Assembly (NCBI GenBank): GCA_963795085.1
Contig: CAWCFX010000002.1
Coordinates: 192,001-256,000 of the forward strand
From: an uncultured Gemmatimonadales bacterium
Lineage (GTDB): Bacteria > Gemmatimonadota > Gemmatimonadetes > Gemmatimonadales > GWC2-71-9
Length of the DNA stretch: 64,000 bases
Direction: 5' to 3'
Shown here one piece after another: positions 38,333 to 48,032 of this stretch. The notes beneath the pieces are model-generated. The model did not search any database. It was given only the letters and a program-made list of their open reading frames with translations, and had not been told where the DNA came from. Position 1 is the stretch's first letter. Each line of letters begins with the position of its first letter. Position numbers and translations under genes: made by a program.

Positions 38333-39322
38333 TTCCCCGTCCTTTCGCCCAGATTACCGGCCTTGGCGTCGCGGTGCCCGAACGGGTGGTGACCAACGCC
38401 GACTTCGAGAAGACCCTGGAGACCTCCGACCAGTGGATCGTCGAGCGCACCGGAATCCGGGAGCGGCGGATCGCCGGGCCCGACCAGTCGCTGGCCAGCC
38501 TGTCCCGGGATGCGGCGATGATCGCGCTGCAACAGGCCGGCCTCACGCCCCTGGACCTGGACGCCATTGTGCTCGGCACCGCCACGCCGGACCGGCTGCT
38601 GCCGGCCACGGCCTGCGACCTCCAGGCGCTGATGGGCGCCGACAATGCCGCCGGCTTCGACATTTCGGCGGCCTGCCCCGGGTTCATCTTCGGGCTGACG
38701 GTGGGCGAGGGGTTAATCGCGGCGGGCCAGTCGCGCCACGTCCTGGTGGTGGGGGCCGAGAAGCTCTCCACGATTACCGACATGACGGACCGGTCCACCG
38801 CGATCCTTTTCGGGGACGGGGCCGGGGCCGCGGTGCTGAGCCGGGGATCCACCAACGGGCGAGGCCTGCTCTCCACGTTCATCAAGTCGGACGGCAAGCT
38901 GGCGCCCCTGCTGTACCGGCCGGGGGGTGGCGCCTGCGACCCGATCAGCGCCAAGGTGGTCCAGGAGCGTACCCACTTCATCAAGATGGCGGGCCGCGAG
39001 GTCTTCAAGGCCGCGGTCCTGGCGATGTCGGAGTCCTGTGACGAGGCGCTCACCCGGGCCGGCATCACCGCCGACGAGATCGACCTGCTGATCCCCCACC
39101 AGGCCAACATCCGCATCATCGAAGCGACCGCCAAACACGCCGGCGTCCCCATGGACAAGGTGATGGTGAACGTGGATCGCTTCGGCAATACCTCGTCCGC
39201 CTCGATCCCCCTGGCGATCGACCAGGCCGTCCGGGAAGGCCGGGTCAAGCCCGGGTCGCCTGCTGCTCCTTGTCGCCTTCGGCGCGGGGTTCACCTGGGG
39301 CAGCGTGGTCGTCCGGTGGTAA
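38329..39322 (+). CDS. fabH: 3-oxoacyl-ACP synthase III (apparent +1 frameshift near 39259)
   Basis: 'AACPGF', 'HQAN', 'GNTSSAS'; removing one C restores 'LLLVAFGAGFTWGSVVVRW*'. Confidence 0.93.
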
Positions 39323-40252
39323 CGGTTGTCCTCTGTCCCCGGCCAGGGCGCCCAGAAGGTCGGCATGGGCAAGGACCTGGCCGAGCGCTTTCCGGCCGCG
39401 CGGGAAACGTTCGCGGCGATCGACGAAGCCCTCGGGCTTCCGCTCTCCCGCATCATGTGGCAGGGCCCCGAGGATGAGCTGACCCTGACCCACAACGCCC
39501 AGCCGGCGATCCTCGCTCACAGCGCGGCGGTCTTTGCGGTGGTCGCCGGCCAGTTGGGGACGGTCGGCGCGGGCGCCGGCCATAGCCTCGGCGAGTACAG
39601 TGCCTGGATGATGGCCGGCAGCCTGGATGCCGCCAGCGCCGCCCGGCTGGTGCGCCGGCGGGGCCAGTTGATGCTGGAATCCGGCCGGCAGCGTCCCGGC
39701 GCCATGGCCGCGGTGCTGGGCATGGATACGGCGGACGTAGAGGCCGCCTGCATGGAGGCCTCCACGCCGGAGGCCATCGTGGTGGCCGCCAATCTGAATG
39801 CGCCGGACCAGACCGTGATCTCCGGCGACCCGGCGGGCGTGGAGCGGGGCGGGGCCCTCTGCAAGGCGAAGGGCGCCAAGCGGGTCATCCCCCTCAAGGT
39901 CAGCGGGGCGTTTCACTCGCCCCTGATGGCTCCGGCGGTGGACGGCCTGCTGGAAGCGCTGAATAAGGTGGATATCACCGAGGGCCGGTTTCCGGTGATC
40001 GCCAACGCCAGCGGAGAACCGATCCGGAGCGGCACCGATGCCAAGCGCCTCCTGGCCGACCAGCTCACGGCACCGGTGCGGTGGGTGGCGTGCATGCGGG
40101 AGGCCGCCCGGATGGTGCCCGAGGCCCGGTTCGTCGAAATCGGCCCCGGCAACGTGCTGAGCGGGCTGCTCAAGAAGATCGTCCCCGGCGCCGCCAGCGT
40201 CACGCTGGGCACGGCGGACGAAGTCGAACGTTTTCTGGCGACGGCCGCATGA
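39316..40252 (+). CDS. fabD: Malonyl-CoA:ACP transacylase (apparent +1 frameshift in CCCC at 39337-39340)
   Basis: 'PGQG', 'GHSLGE', 'SGAFHS'; removing one C gives 'MVTVVLCPGQGAQ'. Confidence 0.93.
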
Positions 40253-40989
40253 TCCCGATCGACCTGACCGGCAAGGTCGCCTTCGTGACCGGAAGCACCC
40301 GGGGCATCGGCCACGCGGTGGCCGGCGTGCTCCACGCGGCCGGCGCCCGGGTTGCCGTCGTCGGGCGGGACCCGGCCCGGGCGGCCGAGGTGGCGGCCGC
40401 GATGGGCGAGGGGGCGGCCGGGTTCGGATGCGACGTGCTGGACGCGGCCCAGGTGGAACAGGCCCTCGCCGGCGCGGAGCAGGCTCTGGGCCCCATCGAC
40501 ATCCTGGTCAACAACGCGGGACTGGCCCGGGACAATCTCCTGCTCCGGATGAGCGAGGCCGACTGGGACACGGTGCTCGATGCGAACCTCAAGGGCGCCT
40601 TTCATGCCACCCGGTTCTGCATCCGGGGCATGATGAAGCGCCGAGCCGGCCGGATCATCAACATCACCAGCGTCGTCGGGCTGACCGGCAACAAGGGGCA
40701 GGCCAACTACGCCGCCAGCAAGGCGGGCCTGATCGGGTTTTCCCAGTCGGTGGCCAAGGAGTATGCCAGCCGCAACGTGCTGGTCAACTGCGTGGCCCCC
40801 GGGTTCATCGACACCGACATGACGACCGGCTTGCCCCAGGAAGTAAGGGTGGCAATGTTACAGGGCGTCGCGCTGGAGCGGCCGGGGCGCCCCGAGGACG
40901 TGGCCGGCGCGGTCCTGTTCCTGGCCTCCGACCTGGCGGCCTACATTACGGGGCAGGTGATCGTGGTTGATGGCGGGATGGTGTTCTAG
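40249..40989 (+). CDS. fabG: 3-oxoacyl-ACP reductase
   Basis: 'TGSTRGIG', 'NNAG', 'YAASK'. Confidence 0.96.
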   Translation: MIPIDLTGKVAFVTGSTRGIGHAVAGVLHAAGARVAVVGRDPARAAEVAAAMGEGAAGFGCDVLDAAQVEQALAGAEQALGPIDILVNNAGLARDNLLLRMSEADWDTVLDANLKGAFHATRFCIRGMMKRRAGRIINITSVVGLTGNKGQANYAASKAGLIGFSQSVAKEYASRNVLVNCVAPGFIDTDMTTGLPQEVRVAMLQGVALERPGRPEDVAGAVLFLASDLAAYITGQVIVVDGGMVF

Positions 40990-41027
40990 TACTCAGGTGC
41001 TCGGTGCTGAGTACTCAGCACTGAGTC
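40988..41027. repeat. Short palindromic heptamer repeat (GTACTCA/GTGCTGA)
   Basis: Starts at the fabG stop: agtactcaggtgctcggtgctgagtactcagcactgagt. Confidence 0.6.
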
Positions 41028-41051
41028 TTACCACTCTCTTCCGAGGCAAGC

Positions 41052-41291
41052 ATGAGCGAGATCGAAGAAAAGGTCAAAGACATCATCGTCGAGGAACTGG
41101 GCGTTGAGCGGGAGAAGCTCACCGACTCGGCGAGCTTCATGGAAGATCTCGGCGCCGACAGCCTCGACACCGTCGAACTCGTCATGGCGTTCGAGAAGGA
41201 GTTCGACATCGACATCCCCGACGAAGAAGCGGAAAAGCTCCGCACCGTGGGCGATGCCATGAAGTACCTTCACGAAAAGATCGGAAAGTAA
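41052..41291 (+). CDS. acpP: Acyl carrier protein
   Basis: '[12 protein letters not shown]'. Confidence 0.98.
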   Translation: MSEIEEKVKDIIVEELGVEREKLTDSASFMEDLGADSLDTVELVMAFEKEFDIDIPDEEAEKLRTVGDAMKYLHEKIGK

Positions 41292-41292
41292 G

Positions 41293-42534
41293 TTGCCGCA
41301 ACGTGTCGTCGTCACGGGCCTCGGGCTCGTGACTCCGCTGGGCGTGACCGTCGAGGAGAGTTGGGCCGGCCTGGTGGCCGGACGTTCCGGCGCGGGCCCC
41401 ATTACGAAGTTCGATCCCTCCCGGCTCCAGGTGCGCTTCGCGTGCGAGGTGAAGGGGTTCGATCCGCTCCAGTACATGGACCGCAAGGAGGCCAAGCGGT
41501 ACGACCTCTTCGCCCAGTTCGCGCTGGGCGCGGCTCACCAGGCCGTGACCCAGGCTGGCCTCGAGGGCCGGTTCCCCAATCCGGAACGTACCGGGGTGGT
41601 GATCGGGAGCGGGATCGGAGGCATGGCCACCTTCGAGGAGCAGTGCACGCTCTATCTGCAGAAGGGGCCGGACCGGGTCTCGCCGTTCTTCGTGCCGATG
41701 TTCATCCCCGATATCGCCGCCGGGCTGGTGTCCATCCGGTACGGCCTCCGGGGCCCCAATTTCTGCACCGTGTCCGCCTGCGCCAGTTCGGCCCATGCGA
41801 TCGGCGAATCGTACAAGATGATCCGACACGGCGCCGCCGACGCCATGATCACCGGCGGGTGCGAGGCCGCCATCACCGGACTGGCCATCGCCGGGTTCCA
41901 GAACATGAAGGCCCTCTCCACCCGGAACGACGAGCCCGAAAAAGCCAGCCGCCCGTTCGACAAGGACCGGGATGGCTTCGTGCTCGGCGATGGAGGCGCC
42001 GCGGCGGTGCTGGAGAGCCTGGACCATGCCCGGGCCCGGGGTGCCGCCATCCTGGGCGAGGTGATCGGGTACGGGCTCTCCGGCGATGCCTACCACATCA
42101 CGTCCCCGGCGCCGGAAGGCGAAGGCGCGCAGCGGGCCATGCGGGCCTGCCTGGAAGACGGGGACATCGCGCTCACGGACGTGCAGTACATCAATGCCCA
42201 CGGCACCTCCACCTCCCAGGGCGACATCGCGGAGACCCAGGCGGTCAAGGCGGTCTTTGGCGAACAGGCCCGGAAGCTGGTGTTTGGCTCGACCAAGTCC
42301 ATGACCGGCCATCTGCTGGGTGCCGCGGGCGGTGCCGAGTTTGCCTTCTCGCTGCTGGCGGCGAAGCACGGAGTGATTCCCCCCACGATCAACCAGGACG
42401 TGCCCGACCCGGAGTGCGACCTCGACTCGGCCCCCAACGCGGCCGTCACGCGGGACGTCAAGGTGGCGCTCAGCAATTCCTTCGGGTTTGGCGGCCACAA
42501 CGTGACCCTGGCGGTTCGCCGCTGGGACGAGTGA
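41293..42534 (+). CDS. fabF: 3-oxoacyl-ACP synthase II
   Basis: 'SACAS', 'NAHGTST', 'GHLLGAAG', 'NSFGFGG'. Confidence 0.97.
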   Translation: MPQRVVVTGLGLVTPLGVTVEESWAGLVAGRSGAGPITKFDPSRLQVRFACEVKGFDPLQYMDRKEAKRYDLFAQFALGAAHQAVTQAGLEGRFPNPERTGVVIGSGIGGMATFEEQCTLYLQKGPDRVSPFFVPMFIPDIAAGLVSIRYGLRGPNFCTVSACASSAHAIGESYKMIRHGAADAMITGGCEAAITGLAIAGFQNMKALSTRNDEPEKASRPFDKDRDGFVLGDGGAAAVLESLDHARARGAAILGEVIGYGLSGDAYHITSPAPEGEGAQRAMRACLEDGDIALTDVQYINAHGTSTSQGDIAETQAVKAVFGEQARKLVFGSTKSMTGHLLGAAGGAEFAFSLLAAKHGVIPPTINQDVPDPECDLDSAPNAAVTRDVKVALSNSFGFGGHNVTLAVRRWDE

Positions 42535-42536
42535 CC

Positions 42537-42710
42537 ATGCCCCTTGCCGCCCTGCTGCAGGGCGGCCCCCCCCCGGGGCCGGACATCTGCTACCTCCTCG
42601 GGTTCTGCCAGACTTCCTCCGGCGTGGCCAGTCCTTCCAACCTCATGTTCCTGGCCTTCGCACTGGTGCTGGCCGGCGTCGTGGTCCGCCGGACGACCCG
42701 CCGCAAGTAA
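42537..42710 (+). CDS. Small membrane protein with Cys pair, TM helix and basic tail
   Basis: 57 aa, ATG 2 nt after the fabF stop; ends '...LAFALVLAGVVVRRTTRRK'. Confidence 0.5.
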   Translation: MPLAALLQGGPPPGPDICYLLGFCQTSSGVASPSNLMFLAFALVLAGVVVRRTTRRK

Positions 42711-43028
42711 TCCCCTACCGGTGCGGTGCCGCCCGGTTCCAGGGCGGTGCGCAGGGAACCATTCCGTTTCAGCTCGGCGAGACTCGTCCTGGGGCGCGCA
42801 ACCAATCCGGCGCGCCGCGCGTCTGACTGCCCGAACTTCCACTTCGAGGTCGCATGGTCCGTTGCCGGAGTCCGGCCGTGGGTCTGGTGTTGCTCATGGC
42901 TGCCTGTTCCGCGGGCTCGGTTCGTACCGATCCGGCAGGCGCCTGCGTGCAGTAGTCCGGACCAGGCGCGGAATCGGAGAACCGGGCGGTATCGTGCCGC
43001 CGGCCCTCCTGGCGCCGCGCGTGGCCAC

Positions 43029-43952
43029 CTAGTTCCCCAGGTTGCGCCGCAGGTCGCCCAGGTTCAGGAGGGGGGTCCCGCCGTCCGTCGGCACCATGAT
43101 GACGAGGTTGCTGGAGCCCCGCATGTCGTGCAGGACTTCCAGGTACTGCTTCATCAGGGCTTCCGGCGTCAGGGTGAGATTCAGCAGCTTCTGCTGCTCC
43201 GACTGGAGCCGCGCCACTTCCACCCGGTGCCGCTCGGTCTGGATCTGCTGTTCCTGGGCGATCTTGTTGTTGATGGCCTGGACCACCTGGGGCGGCGGCT
43301 GCAGGTCCCTGAGGAAGAACGCGGTCACCTCGGCGATCTTGAACGCCGTGCCGCCGGCCCGGGGTTGGGTGATGAGCGCCGAGTCCACCTGCGCCTGCAT
43401 GGCCTCGGCGATCAGGGCGCGCTGGTTCAGGTTGTTGACCGAGAACTGGCCCATCGCGTCCCGCACACCCTGCCGGATCGCGTTCCGAACGATACTGTGA
43501 ATCTGCTCCTCCCCGCCGATCTCGGTAAAGATATTGGGGGCGTCCTGGGGGTTGATCTGCCACCGCAGGCCGGCGTCGATGGTCATGCCCATCTGCTCGC
43601 TGGAAAGGGCCGCGATCTCCTCGACCTGGTCGCCCGCGGCCGGGTACTGCTCCTCCCGGGTGGAGTAGATCTCCACCTCGGACCAGGGTTCCACCAGCCG
43701 GATCCCGGGGTGCAGCGGGGCCGCGGAGACCTTGCCGAAGGCGTGCTTCACGCCGACCTGGCCGGCGTCGATGATGCGTACCGTGGACCCCACCAGCAGG
43801 AAGGCGGCCAGGATGATGAACCCGGTCGCCACCGCTCGCAGGATCGAAGCAGCGGGCTTGGGGCCGCCCGACCCGCCCTTGAGCCCGGCCACCGCGGTCA
43901 TCATCAGGAACGCAGCCACGAGGAGTACCACGCCCATTACGAGCCTGCCCAT
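43029..43952 (-). CDS. SPFH/prohibitin family membrane protein
   Basis: Two TM segments followed by band-7 domain 'RIIDAGQVGV...G', coiled-coil C-terminus. Confidence 0.9.
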   Translation of the reverse strand: MGRLVMGVVLLVAAFLMMTAVAGLKGGSGGPKPAASILRAVATGFIILAAFLLVGSTVRIIDAGQVGVKHAFGKVSAAPLHPGIRLVEPWSEVEIYSTREEQYPAAGDQVEEIAALSSEQMGMTIDAGLRWQINPQDAPNIFTEIGGEEQIHSIVRNAIRQGVRDAMGQFSVNNLNQRALIAEAMQAQVDSALITQPRAGGTAFKIAEVTAFFLRDLQPPPQVVQAINNKIAQEQQIQTERHRVEVARLQSEQQKLLNLTLTPEALMKQYLEVLHDMRGSSNLVIMVPTDGGTPLLNLGDLRRNLGN

Positions 43953-44025
43953 GCGCTACCTCAATGTGGAGGGAAGGCTGTAATATACCCCGACCCCATC
44001 CTTCTACCTTCCCCGAGCGGACCCC

Positions 44026-44355
44026 ATGGCACACCTCTCCAAGTCCCTGGTCTTTGCCGGCATCAAGGGCCACGTCGTCGCGCTGGACCGGCTGAGCGGC
44101 GGCGAGATATGGCGCGCCAAGCTCAAGAGCACCGGCTTCGTCAACCTCTCCACCGATGGCCGGGCGCTCTACGCCGCCACGGCGGGAGAGGTTTACTGCC
44201 TGGACCCGGTGACTGGCGCGATTCTCTGGACCAACCCGATGAAAAGGCTGGGACTTGGCCTGGTCAGCCTGCTGGCGGGATCCGGGGACAACGGAATGGT
44301 GCTGGGCGCGGCCGCGGCCGAGGCCCAGGCGCGGCAGGCGGCAGCGGCCGGCTAG
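44026..44355 (+). CDS. Small PQQ-like beta-propeller repeat protein
   Basis: Two blades 'VVALDRLSGGEIW' and 'VYCLDPVTGAILW'. Confidence 0.75.
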   Translation: MAHLSKSLVFAGIKGHVVALDRLSGGEIWRAKLKSTGFVNLSTDGRALYAATAGEVYCLDPVTGAILWTNPMKRLGLGLVSLLAGSGDNGMVLGAAAAEAQARQAAAAG

Positions 44356-45530
44356 TTGACGACGAAGATGCCGGCGCGGCCACCGAGGCCGTCATCGGCG
44401 CCGGGCAGGCCAGGAGGTACGATCCAGGGACCACCATTGATGCGGATGTTCAGGTGATGGAGGCCGGGGTCGATCCAGGCGCGGTACCGCCAGGTCGCGT
44501 CGCCATTCGGCACCAGGGGCACCGGCGCCCATGCCGTGAAATCGCCCATCAGTTCGACCGTCGCGGCCAGCGGGACCCGCAGCAGAAGGAGCGTGGTGCC
44601 GGATTCGCCTTCCGTGACGACGAAGGATGACTCGCCCGCCGAGGGCCGCCGGGGCGCCACCTCGGGGGCGGGGCCGGTCGCTCCCAGCCCCAGCCGGAGC
44701 GAGAGGGTGGTAAACGCGCCGCTCGGCAGGCCCGACACGAGATCCACCGGGAACTGCCCGCTGCTGGCCACCAGGGCCAGGCGGGGATGGATCTGGTATT
44801 GTCCCTGCAGGTACCACGAGGTCACCCGGAGGACGCGTCCGATTCGCCGGCCGGCGCCGCCTTCCAGCGCCAGTTTCCCGCGAGACCAGCCGACCGTTGC
44901 CTCCAGATCCGTGTAGTGATCGGGCAGGGTGCGCCGGCTGGGGCCGCCAACGCCGAGGGAATCGCGGGGTGAACTGATGCCGGTTTCCGTTCCCGGGGCA
45001 ACCAGGCCGGTGCGCTTGAGCCAGAGTCCCAGGTCCAACTGGCCAATCCGGTTCCAGCCTCCCATCTCGAGCCGCGAAAGCGGCTGGGTTCCCTCCCGGG
45101 AAAACGTCCGGCCGGTCCCGGCCTCCAGCGCGAACCCCCGGGCGGCGGACCCGGCCTCCAGGCGCGCGAGACCCAGCAAGCCGCCGGCTCCCTGGCTCCA
45201 CCTGGTGCGGCTCCAGGCGCCCTCGAATCCAGCCCGGACCTGGACCCACCCAAACCGGTAACCGGTTTGCCCGTGAGCTCGGCCGGTACTCTGCCAGCCC
45301 CGGTCACTGTGGCCCGCGTAGTCGCCTACGGCGGCCAGACGAAACCAGTCCCCGGAAAAGTGGACGGACGGCGCCAGACGGAGTGCCCCCCACGGGGCCT
45401 CGGCCCCCATCCGCACCGACCCGGAACCGGCATCGATATGGCCCCCGAGCTGGGCCTGCGCGGGCTCGCCGAAGGCCAGCGCCCCGACCATGACCATCCC
45501 CAGGGCAGCCGGACAGGGCCGGGCCGTCAT
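44352..45530 (-). CDS. Probable outer-membrane beta-barrel protein with C-terminal glycogen-binding (CBM48/AMPK-type) domain
   Basis: Signal peptide (AQAQ), amphipathic beta strands, C-terminal 'ATVELMGDFTAWAP...PGLHHLNIRINGGPW'. Confidence 0.75.
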   Translation of the reverse strand: MTARPCPAALGMVMVGALAFGEPAQAQLGGHIDAGSGSVRMGAEAPWGALRLAPSVHFSGDWFRLAAVGDYAGHSDRGWQSTGRAHGQTGYRFGWVQVRAGFEGAWSRTRWSQGAGGLLGLARLEAGSAARGFALEAGTGRTFSREGTQPLSRLEMGGWNRIGQLDLGLWLKRTGLVAPGTETGISSPRDSLGVGGPSRRTLPDHYTDLEATVGWSRGKLALEGGAGRRIGRVLRVTSWYLQGQYQIHPRLALVASSGQFPVDLVSGLPSGAFTTLSLRLGLGATGPAPEVAPRRPSAGESSFVVTEGESGTTLLLLRVPLAATVELMGDFTAWAPVPLVPNGDATWRYRAWIDPGLHHLNIRINGGPWIVPPGLPGADDGLGGRAGIFVVN

Positions 45531-45895
45531 GGGGTGGCACCGATGGTCAGTGTCACGGTCGGAAAGCGATCGAGCCGGGTCGGCTCAACTATCCGGCTCT
45601 CCACGAACCGGGCCACCGCGTCGCTACCCACGGCATACACGAAAAGGAGGATGCCGTCCCCTGGCCGCTGTCCCGGAACCGTGTCGATTCCCAGCGTTCC
45701 GCCCGCTTCGACACGTCGGTTCTCGGGGATCACGCCGAGTTGGGGCGCCGGATCCACGACTGGTCCCGATACTGCCGGGAGCGCCAGGACGACCAGGGTA
45801 CTGGGCGACCGGTTGAGCACTGTCAGGATGTCGCTGGGCCCGGTGGACGTGCAGGCGGCGAGCAACGAGAGCAACAGCAGCGGTAAGCGAGTCAT
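45527..45895 (-). CDS. Hypothetical lipoprotein
   Basis: Lipobox LAAC; overlaps both neighbours. Confidence 0.65.
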   Translation of the reverse strand: MTRLPLLLLSLLAACTSTGPSDILTVLNRSPSTLVVLALPAVSGPVVDPAPQLGVIPENRRVEAGGTLGIDTVPGQRPGDGILLFVYAVGSDAVARFVESRIVEPTRLDRFPTVTLTIGATP

Positions 45896-46416
45896 GGCCG
45901 GGACCTTTCCATCTGGCGCTGCTTGAGCCGGAGGAACTCGGCATCAGGCGCCTGGCTCCTGGCCAGGTCAAGGATGGACGCGGTGGCGGCTTCCGCCCGG
46001 AGTCCCAGGCCGACGAGGTCCGCCAGAACGGCAAGGGGGACGTCGAGGTTCCCCGTTCGTGCACGGCGCAGGCTGGTCAGCGCCGCGGGGTCGGCGCCCG
46101 CGCCCAGGGCGGCGGCGCCGGCCACCAGCTCGGCCGGGCGGGACGCGGCGCCCAGCGCGTCGCGGGCGGTGCCCAGCCGTGCCCCCAGGGCCCGGACTGC
46201 CGCCACGATGCGCTCCCCCGAGGCGCCCTTGCTGGAACCTTCGAGGGCCTTGAGCACCAGCGGCTCGACCGGGAGACCCGCCAGCCGGCTGGAATCGATC
46301 ACCCCGGTGACCGTCTCCAGGGTCACCGGGTCCAGGCGACCTTCGAGGCGAGCGTCCTGGGCGGCCGCCGGGGCGGCGGCGAACGAGGCGCAGAGCAGGA
46401 CTGCGAGAGTCTTCAT
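45892..46416 (-). CDS. Secreted helical hypothetical protein
   Basis: Signal peptide; 'GLPVEPLVLKALEG..KGA..ERI'; operonic overlaps. Confidence 0.7.
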   Translation of the reverse strand: MKTLAVLLCASFAAAPAAAQDARLEGRLDPVTLETVTGVIDSSRLAGLPVEPLVLKALEGSSKGASGERIVAAVRALGARLGTARDALGAASRPAELVAGAAALGAGADPAALTSLRRARTGNLDVPLAVLADLVGLGLRAEAATASILDLARSQAPDAEFLRLKQRQMERSRP

Positions 46417-46907
46417 GAGCGCGCCGGAGGAATGGTGATCACCGAAGTCGGCTGGTCGAAATCCTCACCGATCGCATGGGGGAGGGCCGGATCGGCCACC
46501 CAGCGGGTGCCATCGACTACGAAGGTGAACTGATACCGGCCCGGCGGCAATGGGAGGATGGCTTCCCATCGCCCGGTGGCCGTCGTGCGGCGGAGGGGGG
46601 TTGCCAGCGGGTCCCAGTTGTTGAAATCGCCAACTACGCTTACCCGGCTGGCCTCCGGTGCCTCGAGGGCAAACGGCACACCGCCCGGGGGGCGGCCGGG
46701 GGTCCGAACCAGGAGCAGGGCCAGGGCGGCCATGCCGGCGGCCAGGGCTCCTCCCGCCCAGACCCAGGTCCGCGGGCGGGACTGCGACCCGGGCCGGGCG
46801 ATTGCCGTCATGACCCGGTCCCGCAGGGCCGGGTCGAGGGGCACCGGCTCACGCAGGTTCCGGGCGATGGCCTGGATCAGCTGATCCTCGTGTTCATCAC
46901 CGGTCAT
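46413..46907 (-). CDS. Putative anti-sigma factor with extracytoplasmic CBM48-like domain
   Basis: Short cytoplasmic N-terminus, one TM, then 'ASRVSVVGDFNNWD...PGRYQFTFVVDG.RW..DP'; overlaps the sigma gene. Confidence 0.8.
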   Translation of the reverse strand: MTGDEHEDQLIQAIARNLREPVPLDPALRDRVMTAIARPGSQSRPRTWVWAGGALAAGMAALALLLVRTPGRPPGGVPFALEAPEASRVSVVGDFNNWDPLATPLRRTTATGRWEAILPLPPGRYQFTFVVDGTRWVADPALPHAIGEDFDQPTSVITIPPARS

Positions 46908-47466
46908 GATACACCTCGCCGAGCTGGGCGCGCAGCCGTTCACAGGCACGCTTGACCCGCATCTTGAGGGCGGGAATGCTGGCGCCCAGGATGGGTGCCA
47001 TCTCTTCGTAACTCATCTCATCGACGTACTTGAGGAGAAAGGCCTCGCGCTGCTCCGGCACGAGGTGGGCCAGCGCACGCTGAATTTCTTCCCGCCAGGC
47101 GGCATCGTCCACTGGCGACCCCCGGGCGGCCAGGTGGGCTTCCCTGTCCACGTCCACGGACTGACCGCGCCGCTTCCGGATGCCGTGGGCCGTGCGGCAG
47201 CGATTGACGAGGATCCGGAAGAGCCAGGCCCCGAATCGTTCGGGCTCCGCGCACTGGCCAAGGAAGCGATACCCCCGGATGAAGGTGTCCTGGAGGGCAT
47301 CCTCGGCCTCCTGCCAGTCTCCCAGCAGGTGCGCCGCATACCGGCCAAACCGGTCGCGGTAGCGGTCCATCAGTGCGCCGTACGCCGTTAGGTCTCCGGC
47401 CCGTACCCGGCCCACGAGGGCGGCATCGCCGTCAATCACAGGAGGGAGACTCGGGGAAATCGTCAC
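46897..47466 (-). CDS. ECF sigma-70 factor
   Basis: 'EAEDALQDTF', 'FGAWLFRI..N', 'MSYEEMA.ILG......K.R..R'. Confidence 0.93.
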   Translation of the reverse strand: MTISPSLPPVIDGDAALVGRVRAGDLTAYGALMDRYRDRFGRYAAHLLGDWQEAEDALQDTFIRGYRFLGQCAEPERFGAWLFRILVNRCRTAHGIRKRRGQSVDVDREAHLAARGSPVDDAAWREEIQRALAHLVPEQREAFLLKYVDEMSYEEMAPILGASIPALKMRVKRACERLRAQLGEVYHDR

Positions 47467-47573
47467 GGGTCACATGGCGGCGCTCAGGGGGATCGGGTGG
47501 CGGCGGTGACGTGAGGCGGGCCGCCGGGGTCATTACCGCAGAGGTCCTGCAACGGTTTCAGCGAAGGAGACGC

Positions 47574-48011
47574 ATGGGTGCAGCACGGCTACACCGGGTG
47601 GCGGCCATCGCGGTGGTCCTGGCCGCCACCGCCTGCGGGGCGCCCACCTCCCCAGGGGGGCCGACAGCGGCGGGCGGCCTGATTACCCTCCGCACCGACA
47701 CGACCGAGTACCGGGACGGCGGGCTGGTGGGGCTGGCGATCCGGAATAACGGGGGTGAGGGCCTGTCCTACAACGCCTGCCTCCGGACCCTGGAGAGGTG
47801 GGTTGATACCATGTGGGTGGCGATGCCGCCATCGCTCCGGCTCTGTACCCGGGAGGTGAACCGGGTGCTCCCGGGGGCCGCCCGGACCGACTCCACGGCG
47901 CTCGACCCGGGCCTGGACCTCGGGGAGTACCGCCTGCTGCTGGTGTTGACGCCGGAGCTTCGGGATATCGCCCTGATCGCGACCAGCAATTCCTTTTTCA
48001 TCATTCCCTGA
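47574..48011 (+). CDS. Lipoprotein with Ig-like domain
   Basis: AGGAG RBS, lipobox ATAC, beta-sandwich pattern ending 'GEYRL...SNSF'. Confidence 0.7.
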   Translation: MGAARLHRVAAIAVVLAATACGAPTSPGGPTAAGGLITLRTDTTEYRDGGLVGLAIRNNGGEGLSYNACLRTLERWVDTMWVAMPPSLRLCTREVNRVLPGAARTDSTALDPGLDLGEYRLLLVLTPELRDIALIATSNSFFIIP

Positions 48012-48032
48012 CGCAAGGATGAGGAAATCCTC

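Noticed and set aside
38329..39477. FabH with a novel C-terminal extension, or a fabH-fabD fusion
   Set aside because: Explained by two single-base insertions; the native FabH ending is present in the adjacent frame.
42711..43028. Possible small gene or ncRNA in the 318-bp gap
   Set aside because: No convincing ORF, RBS or recognisable RNA structure by eye; a covariance-model search would be needed.
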